Shown: positions 27,092 to 35,790, counted from the first letter of the stretch. The stretch is DNA of 64,000 bases from an uncultured Alphaproteobacteria bacterium (GCA_963718145.1 CAVQYJ010000008.1:87066-151065), one strand, 5' to 3'. The notes: generated from the sequence alone by a model not told the origin. Made by a program: numbers and translations.

Positions 27092-27472
27092 TCAGTGGAG
27101 ATAGCTGGCGGCGACGGCTTCGGCGACCGCCTTGCCGCGTGCGGCGATCTCCGCCTCGGTGCGGGCCATGTCGGGGGAGCATTTTGAGGCGCGCGCCTGT
27201 TGGTTGCGGAAGCCGCGGTTGAAGGCGCTGGTGAGCGCATTCTTGCGCGGGCTGCCGGTAGGGGCCTCGATCGCGAGCATGTTGAACATGTAGTTGCGCC
27301 AGGTCTGGTCCGAATCGCCATTGCACACGGACCGGATGGCGTGCGCCTGGCCCAGCAGGTCGGCGAGTTCGGCCAGCGTCTCCACGGGCGGCCCGGCCCC
27401 TTCCTGCGCGCGCGCGGGCAGGGATGCGGTGAGAACCAGCAGCAGGGCGCAGGCGGAGGCTCGGAGACTCAT
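27092..27472 (-). CDS. TIGR02301-family conserved alphaproteobacterial secreted protein
   Basis: 'LAELADLLGQAHAIRSVCNGDSDQTWRNYMFNMLAIE...LTSAFNRGFRN...KCSP' matches the remembered family pattern. Start at 'MSLRASACALLL'. Confidence 0.6.
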   Translation of the reverse strand: MSLRASACALLLVLTASLPARAQEGAGPPVETLAELADLLGQAHAIRSVCNGDSDQTWRNYMFNMLAIEAPTGSPRKNALTSAFNRGFRNQQARASKCSPDMARTEAEIAARGKAVAEAVAASYLH

Positions 27473-27546
27473 GAGGGGATATGTAGCGCCCCGGCATCCC
27501 CGTGGCAAAGCGTGCACGGCAGCGCCTGTGCCGGGGACCGGCTGCC

Positions 27547-27633
27547 TGGTACGGGCGGCCGGGGTCGAACCGGCACTTCCTTACGGAAAACGGATTTTAA
27601 GTCCGTTGCGTCTACCAGTTCCGCCACGCCCGC
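27547..27633 (-). tRNA. tRNA-Leu (anticodon UAA), type II with long variable arm and encoded CCA
   Basis: The reverse complement is GCGGGCG-TG-GCGGAACTGGTAGACGC-A-ACGGA-CTTAAAA-TCCGT-TTTCCGTAAGGAAGT-GCCGG-TTCGACC-CCGGC-CGCCCGT-A-CCA. All four stems pair; 1:72 is a G-U pair. Confidence 0.93.
27595..27633. repeat. 39-nt direct repeat, copy 1 (tRNA-Leu nucleotides 1-39, inside the intact gene)
   Basis: TTTTAAGTCCGTTGCGTCTACCAGTTCCGCCACGCCCGC is identical to 30174..30212. Confidence 0.95.
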
Positions 27634-27859
27634 ACACCAAACAGATCAAGGAGTTCTGGCCTACTCCTTGGTAAAGATCGACAGCTCAAACCGCGAACTG
27701 GACCACGAATTGGACCAATTTGCGGGAGGATGCGGCCGGCGATGTTCCGTCAGCGTTCCTGTCAATGTCCAACCTGTGCTGCGACGCGCCTAGATGGATC
27801 AATGGCCTGGGTTCGTCTACCGCCCGGGGTGACAATCAACGCGCTTGCAACATGACGCG

Positions 27860-29134
27860 TCACCTCAAGAGAATAGACGCTCTGCTGAACACATTTGACG
27901 ACGCACAAGCATTCCCGTCGCCCGATGCACTTAGACCCGGAGCACTTTCCAGGTCACTTGCGGTCAAGCGCGACAGTGCCCCCGACAACGTTGTGGCGCA
28001 AATCCGGGAAACCAACTCCGCCGACGTTTCGAGAAGGGTCGAGTCAATGGCCCAAATGCGTGCCGTATCGCCCTCCGACCCGGCGATTATTCGGGAGCCG
28101 TCGCTGCTGAATGCGATGCTGCTGACTCCGCCACGGAGTCCCTGGTAACTCGCTACCTCGCGAACGCTGACGCTGTCCCACAGGCGCACGCTTCCGTCTC
28201 GCAAACCAACGGCGATGTACTTTCCATCGGCGCTAAAGGCTGCGGCGGTTACGTCACCCCCGAACCCAGTCATCGTAGCGAGGCGGTCGCCATTGTTGGC
28301 GTTGGCAATAACTGCACGACGCGCATCTTCCCAGGTCAGGACACGACTGCCATCTGGGCTGACAGCAGCAGAACCCTTCCAGGTTGTGATTTGAACGCCA
28401 CCTACACTCCACATGACGTTTGTTTCTGCTCGTTTCCCCGGCTGTTCTGTGCAGCAGGTTACGACGTGCATACCGTCAGGCGTGAAGCCCGTGCCCTCGC
28501 GGTAAGTCTGGCCCGCTGCACCTGCCACTTTCGCGACTTCGCGGCCATTGCTCGCGTCGAAGATGTGAGTCGCATCGCCCGCAGACTCCGTCACCATGCC
28601 CACGAAAGAAACGAGGACATGCGTGCCGTCCGGACTGAAAGCAGCGTAGCTCGCTCGGCTTTCTGGTATAGGCAACGTCAACAGATGTTGCCCACTCTTG
28701 GCGTCCCATATGGAAGCGTCTTTCGACGCTGTTAGAACTTTCGCCCCATCAGGACTAAACATTGCTGACGCAACGCCGCCCGAATGTGTGAGAGTGGCGA
28801 TCAAATGACCATCTGACACATTCCAAACTCGCGCTGTGTTGTCGCCCTCAGAGTCATTTATGGGCGCTGATCTCGTCACTACCCTGGTGCCATCGGCGCT
28901 GAACGCACCGCCTGCGACCACTCCTTTGTGACCAGCGAGAGTCACAATTCGTGCGCCTGTGCCCGCGTCATAAACCCACGCACTGCTCGAAAAGGGCTCG
29001 TTGGCCCAGACGAGCAACCGCGTTCCGTCGCCACTTAGGACCGAGTTGTCGAGCCCGTATTTCAGAAGGGCTATCTGTCGGCCCTTACTCACATCAGTTA
29101 TTCGGCTGTTAAGCTCGACCCACACGCTGACCAA
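27860..29134 (-). CDS. WD40-repeat protein (beta-propeller only)
   Basis: Repeated units such as 'GHKGVVAGGAFSADGTRVVT...ARVWNV', 'HSGGVASAMFSPDGAKVLTAS...IWDA', 'VTAAAFSADGKYIAVGLRDGSVRLWD' and 'GGVSSIAFSSDGSRIIAGSEGDTARIWA'. The only start is a TTG at 29134, and the frame is open upstream to about 29164 without an ATG. Confidence 0.8.
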   Translation of the reverse strand: MVSVWVELNSRITDVSKGRQIALLKYGLDNSVLSGDGTRLLVWANEPFSSSAWVYDAGTGARIVTLAGHKGVVAGGAFSADGTRVVTRSAPINDSEGDNTARVWNVSDGHLIATLTHSGGVASAMFSPDGAKVLTASKDASIWDAKSGQHLLTLPIPESRASYAAFSPDGTHVLVSFVGMVTESAGDATHIFDASNGREVAKVAGAAGQTYREGTGFTPDGMHVVTCCTEQPGKRAETNVMWSVGGVQITTWKGSAAVSPDGSRVLTWEDARRAVIANANNGDRLATMTGFGGDVTAAAFSADGKYIAVGLRDGSVRLWDSVSVREVASYQGLRGGVSSIAFSSDGSRIIAGSEGDTARIWAIDSTLLETSAELVSRICATTLSGALSRLTASDLESAPGLSASGDGNACASSNVFSRASILLR

Positions 29135-29161
29135 GCTGATCTGCTGGATCGGATTGACGAG

Positions 29162-30022
29162 TTGCTAGACGACGTCCGAGCGGAGGATCGTCAAGCAGAG
29201 AGCGAATTTCAGATGCTGGCTTGGTCCCCAGATACTCGTGGGTTCCTAAAGTCGGCGCGACGCAATCTCAACTGGCGGCAAAGTCGCCTTGATCGCACTC
29301 TGATGGGTGCAGTGTTGGTGCATCTCCACGGCAAGGCCGGCGAAGGCCTCTCCAACCAGCTTCGCCAATCGAAAGCTATGGCACCAGACTATTCGGTGCG
29401 CTGGTGGCGGAAGCGTGATCTTCACCCGCCTGAGTTCAGCGTCAGAAAGTTTTTCAAGGCGAGGCTCGCCTGGCGGTACAAGAAAGGGATTCCGCTAAAG
29501 CGGGGGACGGCGCGGGTCCGTCTTGGAGATTCGCGAAAAGCATTCTCGAAGATAGACGACTTCGCCGCCGACCTGATCTTGACCTCCCCGCCCTATTGCG
29601 GAGTCACGAACTACGAATACGACAATTGGATGCGTCACTGGATGCTAGGGGGGCCACACCTTCCAAGCTTCAAATTGGCGTCGCGCTTCGTTGATCGGGA
29701 GCGGTATCGCCAGCTCATTACCGGCGTTCTCACAGAATCGTCGCGCTTGTCCGCCGAGACGGTCCGGGTCTATTTGAGAACGAGCGCCCAACGCTTTTCG
29801 ACGCAAGTGGCTATCGATGCAATTCGCGAAGTTTGGCCGGATCACCGTTTGTTGTGTCGCTTCGACAAAGCCAAAGGGCCGACCCAAACCGCCCTATTCG
29901 GGAATGATTGGAAGAAAGTCGGCGAGGTAGACCTGTTGGCGTTGCCCAAGGGCAAGCACGCTCCTGAAGGATTTGAGCTGATCAATCGGTCATCGCGGTT
30001 GGCATGGCTCGACGGTGGCTAG
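29162..30022 (+). CDS. N4/N6 DNA-methyltransferase-like protein; motif IV present, no recognisable AdoMet-binding motif I
   Basis: 'FAADLILTSPPYCGVTNYEYDNW' is the (D/S)PPY catalytic motif. No FxGxG/'DPFxGSGTT' was found anywhere in the 286 aa. TTG start at 29162, with the first ATG at 29213. Confidence 0.5.
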   Translation: MLDDVRAEDRQAESEFQMLAWSPDTRGFLKSARRNLNWRQSRLDRTLMGAVLVHLHGKAGEGLSNQLRQSKAMAPDYSVRWWRKRDLHPPEFSVRKFFKARLAWRYKKGIPLKRGTARVRLGDSRKAFSKIDDFAADLILTSPPYCGVTNYEYDNWMRHWMLGGPHLPSFKLASRFVDRERYRQLITGVLTESSRLSAETVRVYLRTSAQRFSTQVAIDAIREVWPDHRLLCRFDKAKGPTQTALFGNDWKKVGEVDLLALPKGKHAPEGFELINRSSRLAWLDGG

Positions 30023-30173
30023 CGTCCGTTCGAGCTGGACCAATTTCTGGACCAAACATCGATACGACCAGGCGGAAACAGATGTCTTGAGCGTTTTCCG
30101 CGCGAGGCCAAAAGCCCTGTAAAGTCGAGCGTCTTCCCATTCGTTGAGATCAGGCAGAAGCACTCGGTTAGAG

Positions 30174-30212
30174 TTTTAAGTCCGTTGCGTCTACCAGTTC
30201 CGCCACGCCCGC
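30174..30212. repeat. 39-nt direct repeat, copy 2 (orphan 5' half of tRNA-Leu)
   Basis: Identical to 27595..27633; the flanks diverge immediately on both sides. Confidence 0.95.
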
Positions 30213-30263
30213 GCGGGGGTTCCCTATCATGTCGCCCCGGCGCGCCCAACCCGTGCATTGGCG

Positions 30264-31467
30264 TCACGACAGCATCAGCACCTCGACGAGGTCGTCCCGG
30301 GGCGCGGCGGCGCTGTTGGCGGGGCGGCGGATGAGGGCGTTGGCGGTGAGGAAGGGGGACAACAGGGACGAGTCCTGATTTTCAGCGGCCTGAACCCTGG
30401 CGCGGCCATCAGCGCCGAGGGTGAGGACGGCGCGGAGGTATTCCTCGCGGGGGCCAGTGGCGGGAAGGGCGCTGGCGGTGTGGGCGCGCTGCGTCGGCCT
30501 GGCCGAAGCGGGCGCGGACATCAGCGCGTCGATCAGCGGCTTGAGGAAAAGCTGCGCGGTGACCATGGCGGCGGCGGGGTTGCCGGGGAGGCCAAGGGCG
30601 AGGCGATCGGCCTGCTTCGAAAACCAGGTGGGCTTGCCGGGCTTGACGGCGATCTTCTCGAACACGGGCTCGAAGCCTTCGGCGGCGAAGGCGGTGCGCA
30701 CGACATCGTAGTCGCCGACCGAGGCGCCGCCGATCGACACGATGACATCGGCCGGGGTCGAAAGCTGCCTGCGCACGTCCGCCTCGTCGTCGCGCGAGAG
30801 GCCGAGATCGACGGCGTCGGCGCCCCAGCGGCGGATTAGCGCCAGCAGTGCAGGTTGGATCGAGTTGACGATTTCGCCAGGGCGAAGTGCAGAGCCGGGG
30901 GGGACAAGTTCATCGCCATTGGCCAGCACGCCGATGCGCGGGAGCTTGCGGACCGACACGGTGGCGGCGTTGCCGGCGGCGGCAAGCGAGACGGCGCCTT
31001 CCGTCATCACATGGCCTGCGGGCACGAGCGTCTGGCCCCTGGAGAAATCGAGGCCGGCGCGGCGGATGTTTTCCGGCTTCTTCTGCTCGAAAGTGACGGT
31101 GACCGTGTCGCCCTCGCGCTTCGCGTCTTCCTGGATAAGGATGTGGTCGGCGCCGGGAGGCGCGTGGGCGCCGGTGAAGATGCGGACAGTCTCGCCACGC
31201 CGGATCGATCCGCCGAAAGGGACGCCGGCGCGGGATTCGCCGATGACAGTCAAAGCGGCCCCCAGCTTCATGTCGGCGAAGGCGACGGCGTAGCCGTCCA
31301 TGGCGGAGACATCGGCCGGGGGCTGGGACAGCTGCGCGATCGACGGGGGCGGCGAGGCGGCGGCCATGGGCCTGTGCGAGCGGCGCGGTTTCGGCGGGCA
31401 TGGCGAGGGCGCGGGCATGGCTCCGGATCAGGTCGAGCGCCTGGTCGACGGAAGCCATGCGGATCAT
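30264..31467 (-). pseudogene. moeA: molybdopterin molybdenumtransferase MoeA; 1-nt frame break at G5 run 31345-31349
   Basis: 'MIRMASVDQALDLIRSHARALAMPAETAPLAQAHGRRLAAP' (ORF 30910..31467) continues as 'SIAQLSQPPADVSAMDGYAV...IFTGAHAPPGADHILIQED...GGASVGDYD...VKPGKPTWF' (ORF 30264..31418). The span is 1204 nt = 3n+1. Confidence 0.85.
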
Positions 31468-31555
31468 GTGCGGTCCTCTTTTTCAGGCGGAGTCAGGTCG
31501 GGGATATTCAGGTCGCTGTAGCTGGGGCAGGATAGCGGGCGAAGCGAGGTAAGTC

Positions 31556-32032
31556 ATGGCGGACAAGCTCACCCATATCGACGCGGACGGCCGGGCCCGC
31601 ATGGTCGATGTGTCGGACAAGGCGGCGACGAAACGCGTGGCCGTGGCCGAGGGGCGGGTGGTGATGAGCGCCGAGGCGCTGGAGCTGGCGCGGTCGAAGG
31701 GCGGCAAGGGCGATGTGCGGGCGACGGCCGAAATCGCGGGGGTGATGGCGGCCAAGCGCACCTCTGACCTCATTCCGATGTGCCATCCGCTGGCGCTTTC
31801 GAATGCGAAGGTGCGGGTGGATGAGAGCGAGGATGGGTCGGGGCTGACGGCGGTGGCGGAGGTGGCGACCACCGGGCCGACAGGCGTGGAGATGGAGGCG
31901 TTGACGGCGGCCAGTGTCGCGTGCCTGACGATCTACGACATGCTGAAGGCGGTGGACCGCAGCATGCGGATCGAGGGGGTGCGGCTGCTCGCGAAGTCAG
32001 GCGGAGCGAGCGGCGCGTTCAAGGCGGAGTAG
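31556..32032 (+). CDS. moaC: cyclic pyranopterin monophosphate synthase
   Basis: 158 aa with '[25 protein letters not shown]', '[22 protein letters not shown]' and '[20 protein letters not shown]'. Confidence 0.93.
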   Translation: MADKLTHIDADGRARMVDVSDKAATKRVAVAEGRVVMSAEALELARSKGGKGDVRATAEIAGVMAAKRTSDLIPMCHPLALSNAKVRVDESEDGSGLTAVAEVATTGPTGVEMEALTAASVACLTIYDMLKAVDRSMRIEGVRLLAKSGGASGAFKAE

Positions 32033-32070
32033 ACGGGCCTGGGCGTCGGCGCGCCCGCCGTGGGGCCTGA

Positions 32071-32100
32071 AACGAAAAAGACGCGCATCGGTGATGCGCG
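32071..32100 (-). terminator. intrinsic terminator (minus-strand reading: CGCGCATC-acc-GATGCGCG then TCTTTTTCGTTT)
   Basis: An 8-bp stem plus a T-tract was read directly. It lies 50 nt after the moaC stop on the plus strand (where the tail CCTTTCCCTC is weak) and 320 nt downstream of the phasin stop on the minus strand. Confidence 0.6.
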
Positions 32101-32419
32101 CCTTTCCCTCACTCTACACTACTCTACAGGACTCTACGGAGACCCCGGTTCGACCCGATCGGCAAGGCCCAGATGCAGGTGTTGCTGCAATTGGCTGTGC
32201 GGCGAATAACATACGACAGGAAGAGCGACGCGCGCACAGGAACGTACGGGGAAATTCGTTGGGCCAGGATACTGTGGTCAGGACTCTGGTGGTCAGGACA
32301 CTGGCCCGGAGATCGCGGGGGAAGGGTGCGGCCCCCGGGCCTTGTGTTCAAGTCGCCGGACCAGCGACTCCCTCGGGGGAGAGGAGGTCCCGGAACCGGC
32401 GATCACGCGAGGAAAGCGC

Positions 32420-32851
32420 CTAGGCGGCTTTCTTGGCGGCGGCCTTGGTGGCCGATTTGGTGCGCTCAGCAGCTTCTTCGACGGCTTTCGGCGTCAGGGC
32501 GACGACGGTGTCGAACAGCTCGGTCTGGGCTTTCTTGGCGACTTCGGCGTAGGCGAAGAGGCGCGCCGGAATGTCCTGCATCGCGGCCTGGGCGACTTCG
32601 CCGGCTTTCTTGGCGTACGCGGTCGGCTGGGTTTCGGCCGTCAGAAGGGTCGTCGCGTCTTTCGCGGCGTCCTGCATCCAGGCGGTCGTCAGCTCGACGT
32701 TCTTGTTGAGCGCTTCGACGGTGACGGCGCGGTATTTCGCGGCCATGTCGTTGAAGGCCTTGAGAGGGCCGGCGTTGGCGAAATCGGGGGTGAACTTCGA
32801 GAATTGCTCGAAGGTCTTGTTGAGGTCGAACATGTCGGTCATCGGGTTCAT
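32420..32851 (-). CDS. phaP: phasin family protein (PHA granule-associated)
   Basis: 143 aa, Ala/Lys-rich helical ('MNPMTDMFDLNKTFEQFSKF...AKKAGEVAQAAM...KSATKAAAKKAA'). AAGGAG lies upstream of the ATG at 32851. PHA gene neighbourhood. Confidence 0.75.
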   Translation of the reverse strand: MNPMTDMFDLNKTFEQFSKFTPDFANAGPLKAFNDMAAKYRAVTVEALNKNVELTTAWMQDAAKDATTLLTAETQPTAYAKKAGEVAQAAMQDIPARLFAYAEVAKKAQTELFDTVVALTPKAVEEAAERTKSATKAAAKKAA

Positions 32852-33024
32852 TTGAGGTCTCCTTGCATCGTTGAAAACCATCTAATGCCGCGCCGCGGCA
32901 AAGGCAAGGTCAAAAATGCCGCAGGCGCGAAAAAGATACTGCACCTGCGAAGGCAATCTTAGGCAGGCGTTAGGAATTAACCGAATTTGCTGAGCAAACA
33001 GGCGTGTTCCAGACACCGCAGCTG

Positions 33025-33909
33025 CTAACTCTGGTCTGGTTTCGGCCGCGACCTCGCGCGCGGGACCGCCAGCGCGGCGAGGCCCAGCCACCAGCCAAGC
33101 ACGAAGCTCACACCATAGCCGGCGAGCGGGACGGGGTAGGCGCCGAACAGGGGTGCGAGCGAGGTGGTGGCGAAATACGCGCTCAATGCGACGCCGGTCC
33201 ACCTCAGCTCACGGACCGGCCAGAGCAGAAGCGGGCTCAACATCGTTACCGCAAGACTTGCAGCCATCGCGATGGCGTAAGCGGGAGACTGAGCCCAGGC
33301 CATCGCGACGATGCCTTCGACGTGAGGCACGGCTTCGAGGGGATCGGGCCGGAACAGGCAAAGGGTGATGGCCGCAGCAGCAACGGCCAAAGCCAGGATC
33401 GCTCCGCGCCAGCCGAACCGGTCCATGCCCAGAATCACGGCCGCGATGGCCAAACCGGCAAGCTGCGAGATGTCGGGTTGCCATGCCAGCAGGGCGGCGA
33501 TCAGTGCAAAGCAGAGCACAGAAAGCCAAGGGCGCTCGCTGCTGAAGCCGGCGATCGCGAGGGGCAGCACGAGGGCGGCCGCGTTGAACTGGACCGGGCC
33601 GACCCCAAGCCAGCGATGCACGCCGTCCTGTCCGGGGCCGGCCAGGCTCAAGGCGATCACCGCCAACGCGATTGGCGCCATCCACTTCGACAGCCATCCG
33701 CGCCGGGCGAGGACCAGGCCAAGAACTCCGGCAACGACCCATGCTCCCGGATTGCGCATCCAGAGGCTCGGCGAAAGGCCGCCCATCTGCATGACGGCGG
33801 CGCCGAGGCCGACGGCTAGCAGCGACGCGACGCTGAAGATCCAGACGGTGCGCCAGCGGCTGGCGGCGCTGTGATCCGAAAGGGGGTTCCCAGCCGCGGT
33901 GCTATTCAA
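33025..33909 (-). CDS. polytopic membrane protein of unknown function
   Basis: 294 aa with about 8-9 hydrophobic helices. It lies between phaC and the phasin gene. No family was recognised. Confidence 0.55.
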   Translation of the reverse strand: MNSTAAGNPLSDHSAASRWRTVWIFSVASLLAVGLGAAVMQMGGLSPSLWMRNPGAWVVAGVLGLVLARRGWLSKWMAPIALAVIALSLAGPGQDGVHRWLGVGPVQFNAAALVLPLAIAGFSSERPWLSVLCFALIAALLAWQPDISQLAGLAIAAVILGMDRFGWRGAILALAVAAAAITLCLFRPDPLEAVPHVEGIVAMAWAQSPAYAIAMAASLAVTMLSPLLLWPVRELRWTGVALSAYFATTSLAPLFGAYPVPLAGYGVSFVLGWWLGLAALAVPRARSRPKPDQS

Positions 33910-34002
33910 CGAATGTTTCCATAGATGAGGGATGGAGACCGTTCCGGAACTTGACGGGCTGGACGCACATCGGAGGGAGCTCAGCCGCGGGTGGCGGCGC
34001 CG

Positions 34003-35790
34003 CTACTCCCTCACATATCGGCCCGGCGCCGGCTCAAGCCGTGGCGTCGATTGTGGGAAGCTCTCCGCCGCGTCGATCTTCTTACCGGACCTGCGGCCCA
34101 GCCACTGCACCCAGTCGGGCCACCAGGAGCCGTCATGGGCCTGCGTGCCCTGGCGCCACTGGTCGAGGTCGGTGGGAGCTTCGTCGCTGACCCAGTAGCC
34201 GTACTTGTTCTTGTCCGGATGGTTGACGATGCCGGCGATATGGCCCGACTGCGCCAGCACGAAACGACCGTCGCCCTTCAGCCGCGAGAGGCCCTTGAAC
34301 GAGGCGCGCCACGGCGCGATGTGGTCCTTCTCGCAGGCGACCGCGTAGTGCGGGATCTTGATGTCGTCGAGGTTGACCCTGACGCCGTCGATCTCGAACG
34401 CGCCCGTCGCGAACTGGTTGTCGCGATAGAGGAGGGTGAGGTATTCGCGCGCCATGCGCTCGGGCAGGCGGGTGGAATCCTCGTTCCAGAACAAGAGGTC
34501 GAATTTTGGCCGCGGTTCGCCGAGGAGATAGGCCTTCACGGCGGGGCCGTACACAAGGTCGTTGGGGCGCAGATAGCTGAAGGTGCGCGCCATGATGCGC
34601 TGGTCGAGATAGCCCTTGCGCTGGGCCTCGATCACGATGCCGGCGATGAATCCCTCGTCGATGAAGGACTTCAGCGGGCCGGGGTCCTCGAAGTCGGTGA
34701 GGGCCGTGAAGAAGGTCGCCGACTTTGCAGGATTGTCCTGCTTGGTCTTGCCGAGCCAGGCGAGGGCGAGCGACAGGGTCGTGCCGCCGATACAGTAGCC
34801 GACGACGTTGACGCCATCATCCCCGTGCAGCTGGTTCACATGGTTCATCGCGGGCAAGACGCCCTGCTGGACATAGCTGTCCATGCCGTAGTCGCGCAGC
34901 TCTTCGCCGGGGTTTTTCCACGAGACGATGTAGACGGCGACGCCCTGTTCCACGAGCCATTTCACGAGGGAAGATTTCGGCTGCAGGTCGAGGATGTAGA
35001 ACTTGTTGATCCAGGGAGGGATCAGCAGAAGCGGCCTCGCATAGACCTTTTCCGTCACCGGCTCGTAGCGGATGAGCTGGAACAGCGGCGTCTCGTGGAC
35101 GACATGGCCCTTGGCGGTTGCCAGCGTCTCGCCGACCTTGAAGGCGTCGGGATCGGAAAGGGTGACCAGCAGGTCGCCGGAATTGCGCTCGAGATCCTTG
35201 ACCAGGTTCTCGAGGCCCTCGACCAGCGAGCGGCCATTGGTCTCGACCGCCTTCTTGATCGCTACGGGATTGGAGGCGAGGAAGTTCGATGGCGAAAACA
35301 GGTCCACGAGCTGGTGGGTGAAGAAGTGGATCTGCTCGGTGTGCTTCTCGTCTTCGCCAGTGGAGGCGCTGTCGGCCAGGCTTTCCATGTAGGCGGCCAT
35401 GATCTGATATTGCCGCCGCAGATAGTAGAAGAATGGGTGCTTGCTCCATTCCTCGTCGGAGAAACGCACGTCATCGGGCGCGTCGTCGCTGGCGGCCTTG
35501 GGCATGCGCGCGGCGCCCGACAGCATCGCCTGCGTGAGTTCGGCGTAGAGCGCGGTGGTGTTCTGCCAGAACTGGATGTGCGTGTTGAACGCCTTCATCG
35601 GGTTCGTCATCCAGCTCTGCGCCTGGCCCATCATCGCGCGCATGAAGAAAGGCTGGCCCGGACCCTCGACGCCGGGGTTGCGGATCTCGCGTTTCGACAA
35701 TGCAAGGAACAGGCGCTGCAGCAGGAAGTTGATGCGCTGGAAGTTCTGGCTGAGCTCGAACGCTCCTGCGGAGCTGAGACCCTCGGTCAT
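34003..35790 (-). CDS. phaC: class I poly(R)-hydroxyalkanoate synthase
   Basis: 595 aa with 'PLLLIPPWINKFYILDL' and lipase box 'VNVVGYCIGGTTL'; typical length. Confidence 0.92.
   Translation of the reverse strand: MTEGLSSAGAFELSQNFQRINFLLQRLFLALSKREIRNPGVEGPGQPFFMRAMMGQAQSWMTNPMKAFNTHIQFWQNTTALYAELTQAMLSGAARMPKAASDDAPDDVRFSDEEWSKHPFFYYLRRQYQIMAAYMESLADSASTGEDEKHTEQIHFFTHQLVDLFSPSNFLASNPVAIKKAVETNGRSLVEGLENLVKDLERNSGDLLVTLSDPDAFKVGETLATAKGHVVHETPLFQLIRYEPVTEKVYARPLLLIPPWINKFYILDLQPKSSLVKWLVEQGVAVYIVSWKNPGEELRDYGMDSYVQQGVLPAMNHVNQLHGDDGVNVVGYCIGGTTLSLALAWLGKTKQDNPAKSATFFTALTDFEDPGPLKSFIDEGFIAGIVIEAQRKGYLDQRIMARTFSYLRPNDLVYGPAVKAYLLGEPRPKFDLLFWNEDSTRLPERMAREYLTLLYRDNQFATGAFEIDGVRVNLDDIKIPHYAVACEKDHIAPWRASFKGLSRLKGDGRFVLAQSGHIAGIVNHPDKNKYGYWVSDEAPTDLDQWRQGTQAHDGSWWPDWVQWLGRRSGKKIDAAESFPQSTPRLEPAPGRYVRE

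Larger units (their letters stand above)
27595..30212. mobile_element. degraded tRNA-Leu-associated genomic islet bounded by 39-nt att-like repeats, with no integrase
   Basis: Exact direct repeats flank about 2.5 kb of lower-GC DNA (about 50-60% in counted lines). The DNA carries a WD40 protein gene and a methyltransferase-like ORF. The motif TGGACCAATTT recurs near both ends (27711..27721 and 30036..30046). Confidence 0.6.

Noticed and set aside
27720-28148. 142-aa plus-strand ORF inside the tRNA islet
   Set aside because: It mostly overlaps the WD40 gene in antisense and shows no motifs. The WD40 repeats on the minus strand explain the open frame.
27634-30173. Integrase, excisionase or transposase genes expected in a tRNA-associated island
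   Set aside because: None of the six-frame ORFs in the islet shows tyrosine or serine recombinase motifs. The element is therefore called a degraded islet, not an active mobile element.
32141-32180. tmRNA-like 'GGTTCGACCCGATCGGCAAGGCCCAGATGCAGG', resembling the 5' region of SsrA
   Set aside because: I could not find a tRNA-like acceptor/T-arm ending in CCA, a G-U acceptor pair, or a plausible ANDN...AA* tag reading frame nearby on either strand. The similarity is limited to about 8-10 nt.
32111-32305. Short tandem repeats (3 x 10 nt and 3 x 15 nt) as a possible CRISPR array
   Set aside because: The units are contiguous with no spacers, are far too short, and there are only three copies. No cas genes are present in the window.
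32852-33024. TGC-rich segments (for example ATGCCGCAGGCG and CTGCACCTGCGAAGGCA) upstream of the phasin gene as PhaR operators
   Set aside because: My recollection of the PhaR consensus is too vague, and no clear repeated or palindromic site is visible. It is left unannotated.
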